From assembly GCA_003223555.1 (NCBI GenBank), contig QHVM01000017.1:14425-78424 (forward strand): DNA of 64,000 nt, given 5' to 3'. Every line of letters starts with the position of its first letter. Position 1 is the first letter of the stretch. The DNA is from Acidobacteriota bacterium (GTDB taxonomy: Bacteria; Acidobacteriota; Vicinamibacteria; Fen-336). Both the position numbers and the translations under genes were made by a program. This document shows positions 21,392 through 30,728 of the stretch, piece by piece. The notes below the pieces were generated by a model, which was not told the DNA's origin, made no database searches, and saw only the letters and a list, made by a program, of their open reading frames with translations.

Positions 21392-24195
21392 CGGACCTCC
21401 CGCCCCGCCAGCACCGCGTCGCACCGCTCGCACACGCCGGGATGGGCGAGGCGGCCGACGTTCTCGGAGTACGTCCAGCAGCGCTCGCACTTGCGCCCGG
21501 GCGCCCGCGAGACGCTCACCGCCACGGCGCCCTCGGCTTCGCCCAGCTCGACGCGGCTCACGATGAAGAGGTTGGCCAGGTTGCCGGGGAAAGCCGGACC
21601 CTTCTCCTCGTAGGCCCGTAGCCGGGCGAGCGTCGATCGAGGGGCGGCGATCCTCACCTTCGCTTCGAGACTGGAGCCGATCTGCTTGGTCGCGCGGGCC
21701 AGCTCGAGCTGCTTCAGGACCTCGTCCCTCACCGGGAAGAGCCTCTCCGACCAGTCGAGGACCACCCCATGGTCCGCCCCCGGCGCCTTCGCGGGGAAGA
21801 CCTGCTCGTGGACCGACCCCTCGGATCCGGGGACGAAGGACCAGACCTCGTCCGCGGTGAAGGGCAGGATCGGCGCGACGAGGCGGGTCAGGTCCGACGC
21901 GATCCGGCAAAGAACCGTCTGGGCGGACCGGCGGCGCACGCCGGACGCCGAATCGCAGTACAGCCTGTCCTTGAGGACGTCCAGGTAGACCGATGAGATG
22001 CCGGCGCAGTAGTCGATGAGCTCGTGGTAGACGATGTGGTACTCGTTGCCTTGGTAGGCGTCGAGGACGCGGTCCTTGAACATCGTGTGGTTCATCAAGG
22101 CGTACTCGTCGATCTCCTCGAGCCGGTCCTCCGGCACCGCGTCCCGGAGGGGGTCGAAGTCGTAGAGGTTCGAGAGCAGGTAGCGGCACGTGTTGCGCAC
22201 CTTCCGGTACGCCTCGGCCACCCGCTTGATCATCTCGTCGGAGAAGGGCATGTCATCGCGATAGTCGACCATGCTCACCCACAGCCGCAGGATCTCGGCC
22301 CCGTAGGTGTTGATGAGCTTCTGGGTGTCCACGTCGTTGCCCAGGCTCTTGGAGATCTTCTTGCCCTCCGCGTCCACCGTGAAGCCGTGGGTGATGACCT
22401 GCCGGTACGGAGCCCGGCCGCGAGTGGCCACCGCGATCAGCAGGGAGGAATGGAACCAGCCCCGATGCTGGTCGCTGCCTTCCAGGTACACGTCCGCCGG
22501 CCAGCCCAGGCCGCGCTGCTGGAGGACGGCGGCGTGGGAGGAGCCGGAGTCGAACCACACGTCGAGGATGTCCCGCTCCTTCTCGAAGTCCTCGCCGTCG
22601 CACGACGGGCACCGCGTGCCGGGCGGCAGCAGCTCGGGCGCCTCCCGCTCGTACCACGCGTCGGCGCTCTGCTTCTCGAAGACGTCGGCCACGCGCCGCG
22701 CGGCCGCGCCGGTGAGGAACGGCGTCCGGCAGCCGCGGCAGTAGAAGGCGGGGATGGGCACGCCCCACAGCCTCTGGCGCGAGATGCACCAGTCGGGGCG
22801 GGTCGCGATCATGTTGCGGATCCGCTCCTGGCCCCAGGCCGGGTACCACTCGACCCCGTCCACCGCCTTCAGGGCCTGCTCGCGGAAGCCCTTCTCGTCG
22901 AGGGCGATGAACCACTGCTCGGTGGCCCGGAAGATGATCGGGTTCTTGCAGCGCCAGCAGATCGGATAGGAGTGCCTCTCCTTGCCGGAGGAGAGCAGCG
23001 CCCCGCGCTCGTCCAGGTGCCGGACGATCGCCGGGTTGGCGTCGAAGACCTTCTGCCCGGCGAAGCCCTCCACCTCGGGCAGGAAGCGGCCGGCCTCGTT
23101 CACCGGGCAATAGATGTCGAGGCCGTAGCGCACGCCGGTCAGGTAGTCGTCCCAGCCGTGGCCGGGAGCGGTGTGCACGACGCCGGTGCCGGCGTCGAGG
23201 GTGACGTAGTCGCCGAGCACCCCGGGAGAGTCGCGGTCGATCCAGGGGTGGCGGAAGCGGAGCCCTTCCAGCTCGGCGCCCCTCACGACGGCCAGCGGAG
23301 CGCCAAGGCGGGGCCCGTTCCACCTCGCCACCGACGCCTCCTTGAGGCCGGTCGCGAGCAGGTACACCTCCGGCGATCCCTCGACCGGATAGAAGCCGTA
23401 CTCCAGCTCGGGATGGAAGGCCAGGGCGAGGTTGGCCGGAAGCGTCCACGGCGTCGTCGTCCAGATGACCGCCCAGACCTTCGTCCCCTTCAGCGCCGGG
23501 TAGCGCTGCGCGAGCCGGTCGTGCTCGGCGGGCGCGAGCGGGAAGCGCACGTCGATCGACGGGCTGACGTGGTGCTCGTCGTACTCCACCTCCGCCTCGG
23601 CGAGGGCGGTGCGGTCGGAGATGCACCAGTGGACGGACTTCTTGGCTTTGTACACGAGGCCCTTGTCCACGAACTCGGCCAGCTCGCGCAGGATGGTCGC
23701 CTGGTAGGACGGGTTCATCGTCAGGTACGGCTCGTCCCATTCGCCCAGGATCCCCAGCCGCTCGAACTCGGCGCGCTGGATGGCCACGAACTTCTCGGCA
23801 TAGGCCCGGCAGGCCCGGCGGAAGGCCACCGGCGTCATGTCCTTCTTCTTCGTACCCAGCTCCCGGTCCACCTGCAGCTCGATCGGCAACCCGTGGCAGT
23901 CCCACCCGGGAACATAGGGCGCGTCGCGGCCGGCCATGGCGTGGCTGCGCACGACGACGTCCTTCAGGATCTTGTTGAGCACGGTGCCGAGGTGGATGTG
24001 GCCGTTGGCGTAGGGCGGCCCGTCGTGGAGGACGAAGATGGGATCGCCCCGGTGCGCCGCCCGGACCCGGCCGTAGAGGTCTTCCGCCTTCCACTGCGCG
24101 AGCCTCCGCGGCTCCGACTGGGGCAGGTTCGCCTTCATCGGGAAGTCCGTGCGGGGGAGGTTGAGGGTGGACTTGAGGTCTTCCGCGGTCGTCAA
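21388..24195 (-). CDS. ileS: Isoleucine--tRNA ligase (type 1); start is TTG 24195 or ATG 24213
   Basis: DGPPYANG-HLGT, GWDCHGLP, WTTTPWT, WCISRQR, EGSDQHRGWF, KISKS, C-terminal Zn finger CERC..CERC. Confidence 0.97.
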   Translation of the reverse strand: MTTAEDLKSTLNLPRTDFPMKANLPQSEPRRLAQWKAEDLYGRVRAAHRGDPIFVLHDGPPYANGHIHLGTVLNKILKDVVVRSHAMAGRDAPYVPGWDCHGLPIELQVDRELGTKKKDMTPVAFRRACRAYAEKFVAIQRAEFERLGILGEWDEPYLTMNPSYQATILRELAEFVDKGLVYKAKKSVHWCISDRTALAEAEVEYDEHHVSPSIDVRFPLAPAEHDRLAQRYPALKGTKVWAVIWTTTPWTLPANLALAFHPELEYGFYPVEGSPEVYLLATGLKEASVARWNGPRLGAPLAVVRGAELEGLRFRHPWIDRDSPGVLGDYVTLDAGTGVVHTAPGHGWDDYLTGVRYGLDIYCPVNEAGRFLPEVEGFAGQKVFDANPAIVRHLDERGALLSSGKERHSYPICWRCKNPIIFRATEQWFIALDEKGFREQALKAVDGVEWYPAWGQERIRNMIATRPDWCISRQRLWGVPIPAFYCRGCRTPFLTGAAARRVADVFEKQSADAWYEREAPELLPPGTRCPSCDGEDFEKERDILDVWFDSGSSHAAVLQQRGLGWPADVYLEGSDQHRGWFHSSLLIAVATRGRAPYRQVITHGFTVDAEGKKISKSLGNDVDTQKLINTYGAEILRLWVSMVDYRDDMPFSDEMIKRVAEAYRKVRNTCRYLLSNLYDFDPLRDAVPEDRLEEIDEYALMNHTMFKDRVLDAYQGNEYHIVYHELIDYCAGISSVYLDVLKDRLYCDSASGVRRRSAQTVLCRIASDLTRLVAPILPFTADEVWSFVPGSEGSVHEQVFPAKAPGADHGVVLDWSERLFPVRDEVLKQLELARATKQIGSSLEAKVRIAAPRSTLARLRAYEEKGPAFPGNLANLFIVSRVELGEAEGAVAVSVSRAPGRKCERCWTYSENVGRLAHPGVCERCDAVLAGREVR

Positions 24196-24311
24196 AACAA
24201 CCCAGCCTAACATGCTCGCGGAAAACCCGTCAAATCAGCGCGCTAGCGACCTTTTTTGGACCTGGCGTGGCCGGGCTTCGGCTAGAATCGGCCCAAAAGG
24301 AGCCTATCCCG

Positions 24312-24506
24312 ATGAGAAGATCCCGCGTCCTGCCGGCCCTCGTCCTGGCCACCTTGACCATGCTCGTCGCTTGCACCAAGGGCGACGAGTGCGACAAGTG
24401 CAGCAGCGACAAGGACTGCAAGGAGGGCTTCTTCTGCTCCGAGTTCAACGACGGCAGCCACCGCTGCGGCTCCGGCGTCGGCGCGACGACCTGCCGCGTT
24501 CGTTAG
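24312..24506 (+). CDS. Small cysteine-rich lipoprotein (64 aa)
   Basis: AGGAG RBS, lipobox LVAC, six further Cys (C..C..D.DC..G..C). Confidence 0.75.
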   Translation: MRRSRVLPALVLATLTMLVACTKGDECDKCSSDKDCKEGFFCSEFNDGSHRCGSGVGATTCRVR

Positions 24507-24522
24507 GGCGTGTTCCCGATGC

Positions 24523-25377
24523 TCAGCGCTCGGGCTGGGCGGGCGCCATGCGCACGCCCGCGCCCACGATCGGGACGCGCGGCTGCAGCCCGCCGGTGGG
24601 GAGCAGCAGCGCGAGGCCGGCGCCGATCATTCCCACCACGACCGTGTAGATGGGCCAGAACACCAGCTGCGGCAGCAGGGTGAGGTAGAAGAGCTGTGCG
24701 AAGCTGCCGGAGGCGAACTCGTACCAGCGTGCGCTCAGCGGGTTCTTTACGTAGACCAGGGCGGACACGTCGTAGTGGGAGCCGAGGTGCCAGGCCGTGG
24801 CGAGCACGGACAGCAGGGCCACCAGGCCCCGCACCACCAGGCCGTAGACGAGGAGGGCTCCCGCCACGGCTCCCAGGCCGCGCCCTTCCTTCCTCGCGCT
24901 GACGGCGAAGAACGCGCCCACGATCGGGGCGAGCCACGTGACGCCCATGGGCCGCGTCCAGCTCGCGGGCGCGGCGGCCTTTTCCAGCGCGAACCGCGCC
25001 ACGGTCACGAGCAGGCTCAGCGCGATCGCGGCGGCCATCCACCGCCTGCCCAGCCGGCCCGCGGCCCGGTCGCTCACGGCCAGGCCGGCCGTCCCCAGCA
25101 GGAGGCACACCCCGGTCATGACGTAATAGCGCAAGCTGGCCGAGGCCGAGGCCTGCTCGGTGACGTAGGCGGGACCGAGGATCACGACCGCGGTCGTCGA
25201 GGCCTCCCGGTGGCCCTCGGCGCGGAGGGCCCAGAGGAGGAACAGCACGCCCAGGGCGCTCGTCAGCAGGGCCAGCCCGCGCCGCCAGGGCCCCGGCAGG
25301 CGTCCCCACCACAACACGGCGGCGGCCGCGGCGGACACGCCGGCCAGCGTGACGATCCGGTCCAGCAAGAGTGGCAC
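24523..25377 (-). CDS. Multi-pass membrane hypothetical protein
   Basis: About seven hydrophobic segments; GTG start 6 nt after TATACT. Confidence 0.7.
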   Translation of the reverse strand: MPLLLDRIVTLAGVSAAAAAVLWWGRLPGPWRRGLALLTSALGVLFLLWALRAEGHREASTTAVVILGPAYVTEQASASASLRYYVMTGVCLLLGTAGLAVSDRAAGRLGRRWMAAAIALSLLVTVARFALEKAAAPASWTRPMGVTWLAPIVGAFFAVSARKEGRGLGAVAGALLVYGLVVRGLVALLSVLATAWHLGSHYDVSALVYVKNPLSARWYEFASGSFAQLFYLTLLPQLVFWPIYTVVVGMIGAGLALLLPTGGLQPRVPIVGAGVRMAPAQPER

Positions 25378-25530
25378 GCGGGGAGTATACACGTCCCTCG
25401 ACAGACCACGGAAAGCTCCATCGACCCCGCCGAACGCCTTCCTCACGACCGCCGCCTACGCGATCAAGGGAACGCCTTACCATGAAGAGGTGTCGCGTCG
25501 CCTGAAGGGCCGGAGGCCGATGGGCCGACC

Positions 25531-26490
25531 GTGCCGGGTGCGTGCGTGAGCGGCGAAGCGAGGGCCGCCGCTCTCGAGCCGCGGCTGTCGTGGGTCGGCT
25601 GGTGCTGCTCGTACTGCTCGGCCCCGCTGGAGGTCCACGCCCACGGCCTCTTCTGCCGCGCCGAAGGCCGCTGGTTCGCCACCCTGGACGGCGTCCACCG
25701 CCTGCTGCCCGAGGACCGCCGGCGCGAGCTGGCCCCGGCGGTGGAGATGTACCAGCGAGTGCGGCGCGACGATGGCTGGCGCGCGCACCCCGGGCTGCCG
25801 GAAGTGCCGCGCGGCGATCGGCATGCGGCCGTCTGGCGCCAGCGCTCGGCGCGCTTCGAGCAGGCCGTCTCTCTCGTGCGCGCGCGACTGGGTCCGGGAC
25901 CCTGGCGGGTGCTCGACGTCGGCGCGGGTTGCTGCTGGGCCTCCGCCCGGCTGCTCCGGGCGGGCCACCGCACGGCCGCGGTGGACGTGAGCCTCGACGC
26001 GGAGGACGGCCTGCGCGCGGCGCCGCTGCTCGTCCCGTCCGGCTGCGTGCTGGAGCGGGCCGAGGCGGACATGGAGGCGATCCCGATCGAGCCCGCCGCG
26101 TTCGACCTCGTCCTCGCCGCGGCTTCGCTGCACCACGCCCCGCGTCCGGGCCGGACCCTGATCGAGCTGCGGCGGGTCACCCGCCGCGACGGGTTGCTCC
26201 TCGTCCTCGACTCGCCGGTGTACCGCCGCCGGCCGGACGGCGAGGCCATGGTCGCCGCGCGGATGCGCGCCCAGGCGCGCCGGTACGGGGTGGCGATGGA
26301 CCGCGAGCGCCAGTCCGGCTACCTGGTGCGGGACGAGCTGCCCGACCTGTTCCGCTCGACCGGCTGGTCGCTCGAGGTGCACGGCTGGCCCGGTCCGTTC
26401 CGTGAATGGGCGCGCGACATGGTCGAGATCCCGCGCCGCGGCCGGCGCACCGCCCGCTTCCCGATCCTGCTCGCCCGGCGCGATGGCTAG
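25531..26490 (+). CDS. Class I SAM-dependent methyltransferase with an N-terminal Trm112-like Cys motif
   Basis: CSYC..L.C, VLDVGAG, FDLV...SLHH, RVTRRDG; start uncertain (25531 or 25546). Confidence 0.85.
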   Translation: MPGACVSGEARAAALEPRLSWVGWCCSYCSAPLEVHAHGLFCRAEGRWFATLDGVHRLLPEDRRRELAPAVEMYQRVRRDDGWRAHPGLPEVPRGDRHAAVWRQRSARFEQAVSLVRARLGPGPWRVLDVGAGCCWASARLLRAGHRTAAVDVSLDAEDGLRAAPLLVPSGCVLERAEADMEAIPIEPAAFDLVLAAASLHHAPRPGRTLIELRRVTRRDGLLLVLDSPVYRRRPDGEAMVAARMRAQARRYGVAMDRERQSGYLVRDELPDLFRSTGWSLEVHGWPGPFREWARDMVEIPRRGRRTARFPILLARRDG

Positions 26491-27259
26491 CGGGCCGGCG
26501 GTCGAGGCGTTCGACCGCGAAGCGGAGGACTACGACCGCGACTTCGGCCGCAACCCGGCCGGCCTGCTCTTCCGGCACGCGTTCCAGGAGGCGCTGCGGC
26601 GGCTCCTCGCCCCGGGCGACCGCGTGCTCGACCTGGGCTGCGGCACCGGCGACGACGCGCTCTTCCTGGCCGGCCTCGGCATGGACGTCCTCGGCATCGA
26701 TCCGTCGCCGGCGATGATCGCCCGCGCCCGGGCCAAGGCCGCCGAGCGCGGAGCGGCGGCCGCCCGGGCGCGGTTCGAGGTGGAGCGCGCGGAGGACGCC
26801 GGCGATCTGGCCGGGCCGTACGACGCCGCCTACTCGAACTTCGGGGCGCTCAACTGCGCCGACCTGGAACGCGTCGGTGACGGGCTCGGCCGAGCGCTCC
26901 GCCCGGGCGCGCCGGTCATGCTCTGCCTCTTCGGCCGGCGGCCGCTGCCCGCGATGCTGGAGCGCGGCCTCACCGGCCGCGCCGGTGTGCGCCCGCGCAG
27001 CCAGACGCGCGTCGGCGGAATGCCGTTCCCGGTCACGTACCCGACCCGCAGCCAGGTCAGGCGCCTCCTGGGCCCGGCCTTCGAGTGGCGCAAGGCCTGG
27101 GCCCTCGGCGTCATCGTGCCCGGGCCGGGCCACGCGGATTGGGCCTTCCGCCACCCGCAGGCCTTCGGCCTCCTGGCGGCGATCGAGGGCCTCGTTCACG
27201 CCTGGCCGGTGGTGCGGGACCTCGGCGACCATCTCGTCCTCGAGGGCCGACGCCGTTGA
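26483..27259 (+). CDS. Class I SAM-dependent methyltransferase
   Basis: VLDLGCGTG, GIDPS..M, YD..YSNFGALN, LRPG; overlaps the upstream stop. Confidence 0.9.
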   Translation: MASGPAVEAFDREAEDYDRDFGRNPAGLLFRHAFQEALRRLLAPGDRVLDLGCGTGDDALFLAGLGMDVLGIDPSPAMIARARAKAAERGAAAARARFEVERAEDAGDLAGPYDAAYSNFGALNCADLERVGDGLGRALRPGAPVMLCLFGRRPLPAMLERGLTGRAGVRPRSQTRVGGMPFPVTYPTRSQVRRLLGPAFEWRKAWALGVIVPGPGHADWAFRHPQAFGLLAAIEGLVHAWPVVRDLGDHLVLEGRRR

Positions 27260-27354
27260 GGTCCACGCCGCGCTTGCCGATAGGCGACCGGGGCCTGTGG
27301 GAGCGCGCAGCTCGCCGCGCAGGCGAGCGGCCCGCCGGGGCCGCGAACGTCGGA

Positions 27355-27363
27355 TGATATAAT
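27355..27363 (+). promoter_or_regulatory. Extended -10 promoter element
   Basis: TGaTATAAT, ~75 nt upstream of ATG 27439. Confidence 0.5.
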
Positions 27364-27438
27364 CCGCGGTCCGGCCGCCGGGGCGGGGACGGCACGGGTA
27401 GGGGATTCACTGCCGCGCGGGCGCGGACGAAAGCGGGG

Positions 27439-27978
27439 ATGCAGGACCTCATCGACATCCTGAAGGCCATGGCCAGCAAGAAGGAGGAGATCGCCAATCC
27501 CCTCGAGCTGTTCCTGGACATGGCCGAGCGGGTGGTCAAGCGCGTCTCGGCCGAGTTCGGGGCGAAGACCGACGAGGTGGCCATCCTGGTCCTCACTTCG
27601 GACCGCAAGCACCTGCGCTTCGCCGCCCCCCGCAAGTTCGCCGACCTCGGCACGATCCCCGTCAGCAAGCGAGACTCGATCGCGGTCAACGTGCTGGCCC
27701 GCAAGTCGGGCGAGGCGATGAACAACGTGCCCATGGTCAAGCACGTCTCGTTCTTCGAGAGCGTCAAGATCCGCGACCGCGCGGTGCCCATCCAGAAGAT
27801 GATCACCGTCCCCATCCTCCTCCAGGGCGAGGCGGTGGGGGTGGCGCAGGTCAGCCGCAAGGGCGACACGCCCGCCCAGGCGGGACCCGACTTCACCAGC
27901 GCGGACGTCAGCAAGGCTCAGGACCTCTTCGCCCGGATCTCGCCCTACCTGGTCGAGGCCCGTCCCGAGAGGTTCTGA
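27439..27978 (+). CDS. Stand-alone GAF-domain protein
   Basis: SIA..V, MITVPI...GEAVGV.QV..K and FT..D GAF-like pattern. Confidence 0.75.
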   Translation: MQDLIDILKAMASKKEEIANPLELFLDMAERVVKRVSAEFGAKTDEVAILVLTSDRKHLRFAAPRKFADLGTIPVSKRDSIAVNVLARKSGEAMNNVPMVKHVSFFESVKIRDRAVPIQKMITVPILLQGEAVGVAQVSRKGDTPAQAGPDFTSADVSKAQDLFARISPYLVEARPERF

Positions 27979-27981
27979 AGG

Positions 27982-29931
27982 CTACTCGTCCGCGACGCGC
28001 ACGTAGCCCGAGTCGTCGACGACGAACGGCCGCAGGCCCATCGCGAGCGGGGTGGCGACGACCTGGAAGCCGTCCCGTTCCGCCTTCAGATCGAAACGAT
28101 ACCCGTGCCGCTGGAAAGCGTTGGGTGAAGGGATGGGGAGACCGGGGGGCAGGACCTCCCGGAAGTTGCCGTATCGGCCGTGGGTCTTCTGGAACGCCTC
28201 CTCGAAGCTCACGACGTTCAGGAGGACGAAGACCGCCTGGCGCTCGGCCGGGACGTTGGTGCGGGGAATGCGTTCGCGCGCCCGGAAGCGGCGGCCGGTG
28301 CCGTAGGAGCCCGCGTTGCCGCCCCGCCCGTCGCGGTAGGTGCCGGCGAGACGGTCGCCGGCCGCTCGCCCGTCCACGTCGGGCGGCTCGCGGTCGAGCG
28401 TCGTGTCCGCGTCGGGAACAGTCGCCGGCAGAGCCGGAACGGTCGTGGCCGTCGCGCCGGTGCTCGGGCCGGCGGCCGCGCTGCCGGCCGATCCGGCGCC
28501 GGCGCCGGCGGCCGCCGTCCGCGTGCGCCGCCCTGCTTCGGGGACGCCCGGTGTCTCACGGCCCGCGGGCGGCGTCGTGCCGGGGGGCGCGGTCGCCTCT
28601 GCGGCCTGGGTGGCGGGCGGAGCGGCCAGCGTGCCCGGCCCGCCGGAGGACGGCGAAGGGCCGGCCGCCATCGTGGAGGGCGGAACGGCCCTCGTCGTGG
28701 CCGGACCCGCGACCTGCCCCGGCCCGGGGGAAGGACGCGGCCGGAGGAGCAGGAACCCCGCGACTCCCATGCCGACGAGCAGCAGCAGCCCCACCGCCAG
28801 CAGGCCGATGACGAGGCCCGTCTTCGAGGAGCGGGCGGCCGGAGCCGGGGCCGGCCGGCTCACGGTCCGGGCCGCGCTCACCCTCGTCGCGGCCGCGGGG
28901 CTCACCCGCGTGGCGGCCGGGTCGGACACGGGCGGCGGCGAAGACGCCCCGCGCTGCGTCGGCGGCGAGGCCACGGTCGGCGACGAGCCGGGGATGTAGG
29001 TCGTCGGGCCGGGCACGTAGCCGGGGCTCGTCGACACCTCGGACTGGCGCAGCGTCGGTGTCGATCCCGGGCGGGTGAGGGTCAGCAGCTCGTCGGCCAG
29101 CTCGCGGCCCGTCTGATAGCGGGCGGTCGGGTCCTTGGCCAGCGCCCGGGCGACGATGCGGACCAGCTCTTCGGGCACCTCGGGGTCCAGCTCCCGCAGC
29201 GGCGGCGGCTCCTCGGTGATGATCTTGAAGATGAGGCCGGTGATGGAGTCCCCGCGGAAGGCCTTCTTCCCGGCGACCATCTCGTAGAGGATCGCCCCCA
29301 CGGAGAAGAGGTCGCTGCGGCCGTCGACGGTCGAGCCGCGCGCCTGCTCGGGGCTCATGTACGACGGCGTGCCGAGCAGGCTGCCGGTGGCGGTGAGGTG
29401 CTCGGCGGAATCGGTGACCTTGGCGATGCCGAAGTCGGTGACCTTCACCCGGTCGCCGGCCTCGACCATGATGTTGGCCGGCTTGATGTCACGGTGGACG
29501 ACGTTGTGCTGGTGGGCGAAGTCGAGGGCGTCGGCGACCTGGGCGGCCAGGGCCGCCGCGCGCTCGACCAGCAGGCGTCCCGCTCCGGCGATCACCCGGT
29601 CGAGGCCGACCCCGTCGATGAACTCCATCGCGATGTAGCTCACGCCGTCCGAGTCGCCGATGTCGTAGATCGTGACGATGCTGGGGTGCTTGAGCTGGGC
29701 CGAGACCATCGCCTCGCGCTTGAAGCGGTCCATCAGCTCCTCGAGCCCCGCCCCTCCGCTGGCGGCGAGTCCCTCGAGGCGGATGGTCTTGATGGCGACC
29801 ATGCGGCCGAGGATCTTGTCCTTGGCCTTGTACACGGTGCCGAACGCTCCCGCGCCCAGGCGCTTGACGACCTGGTAGCGCTGCGCGATCTCGGTCGGGT
29901 CCGGCGGGCCGGCGTGTTTCTGTTGCGACAT
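27982..29931 (-). CDS. Membrane-anchored Hanks-type Ser/Thr protein kinase
   Basis: GAGAFG, VAIK, HRDIKPAN, DFG, GTPSYMSPEQ; one TM helix; Pro/Ala/Thr linker; C-terminal domain. Confidence 0.95.
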   Translation of the reverse strand: MSQQKHAGPPDPTEIAQRYQVVKRLGAGAFGTVYKAKDKILGRMVAIKTIRLEGLAASGGAGLEELMDRFKREAMVSAQLKHPSIVTIYDIGDSDGVSYIAMEFIDGVGLDRVIAGAGRLLVERAAALAAQVADALDFAHQHNVVHRDIKPANIMVEAGDRVKVTDFGIAKVTDSAEHLTATGSLLGTPSYMSPEQARGSTVDGRSDLFSVGAILYEMVAGKKAFRGDSITGLIFKIITEEPPPLRELDPEVPEELVRIVARALAKDPTARYQTGRELADELLTLTRPGSTPTLRQSEVSTSPGYVPGPTTYIPGSSPTVASPPTQRGASSPPPVSDPAATRVSPAAATRVSAARTVSRPAPAPAARSSKTGLVIGLLAVGLLLLVGMGVAGFLLLRPRPSPGPGQVAGPATTRAVPPSTMAAGPSPSSGGPGTLAAPPATQAAEATAPPGTTPPAGRETPGVPEAGRRTRTAAAGAGAGSAGSAAAGPSTGATATTVPALPATVPDADTTLDREPPDVDGRAAGDRLAGTYRDGRGGNAGSYGTGRRFRARERIPRTNVPAERQAVFVLLNVVSFEEAFQKTHGRYGNFREVLPPGLPIPSPNAFQRHGYRFDLKAERDGFQVVATPLAMGLRPFVVDDSGYVRVADE

Positions 29932-29932
29932 G

Positions 29933-30274
29933 CTAGCCCGGCGGCCAGCTCAGGCGGCGGCCGCCCACCAGGTGGAGATGGACGTGGTAGACGCTGTACC
30001 CGGCGTCCTCGCCCGCGTTGAACACCAGGCGGAAGCCCCGCTCGCCGAGGCCGGTCTGCTTGGCCAGGTCCCGAGCCCGCCGCACCAGGTTTCCCACGAG
30101 CACATCGTCCTTTTCCGTGAGGTCCATGAGGCTCGTGATGTGCCGCCTCGGAATGACGAGGATATGGGTGGGACCCTGGGGGTTGATGTCATGGAAGGCG
30201 AGCACGGTGTCGTCCTGGTACGCGACCTTGGCGGGGATCCGGCCCCCCGCGATCTCGCAGAACAGGCAGGGCAT
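29933..30274 (-). CDS. Histidine triad nucleotide-binding protein (HinT-like)
   Basis: CLFC, DINPQ.P.H, HVHLHLVGG. Confidence 0.95.
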   Translation of the reverse strand: MPCLFCEIAGGRIPAKVAYQDDTVLAFHDINPQGPTHILVIPRRHITSLMDLTEKDDVLVGNLVRRARDLAKQTGLGERGFRLVFNAGEDAGYSVYHVHLHLVGGRRLSWPPG

Positions 30275-30293
30275 GCGCTGGGGAGTTTACACC

Positions 30294-30728
30294 TTACCGT
30301 CCGGGCCGTTCCATCTGGCGGTCCAGCTCCGCCAGCAGCTCACGGATGTTGCGCGCGTTCTGACCGAAGTCCCACGGGAACGTCCTCGAGCGGGAGCGGA
30401 CGCTCACCTGGGTGTGTCCGCCCTGCCGGCGGAGGCGGACGGTCACGTCGTCCTTCAAGGGCAGGATCGGCAGGACGTGCTCGGCCTGGAGGTCGGTGCC
30501 GCGCGTCCCGCTGATGGCGCCCACCAGCGTCCAGCGGGGAAGCCGGCCGATCGCGGCCTTGGCGGCCGCCGTCACCTTGTCTTGGCCCGCGGAATAGGCC
30601 CGCGGCTGCAGGTCCGGATATTCCGGCGTGTGGCCGGTCTCGACGTCGTTGATGCGCGGCCAGGCCAGGCAGGCGGCCACGAGGCCCGCCACCGCCACCC
30701 CGCCGAGAGCCGCCGTGGACCTAGTCAC
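30294..30728 (-). CDS. DUF1499-like protein
   Basis: P.INDV.T, DDVTVR, VRS.SR...DFGQNA.NIR; GTG start with GGAG RBS. Confidence 0.75.
   Translation of the reverse strand: MTRSTAALGGVAVAGLVAACLAWPRINDVETGHTPEYPDLQPRAYSAGQDKVTAAAKAAIGRLPRWTLVGAISGTRGTDLQAEHVLPILPLKDDVTVRLRRQGGHTQVSVRSRSRTFPWDFGQNARNIRELLAELDRQMERPGR

Noticed and set aside
27401-27416. GGGGATTCACTGCCGC as another TTCAC-stem copy
   Set aside because: The arms do not pair and the GA flanks are absent.
28867-28920. Duplicated AATRVS peptide in the kinase linker
   Set aside because: An ordinary short duplication in a low-complexity linker.
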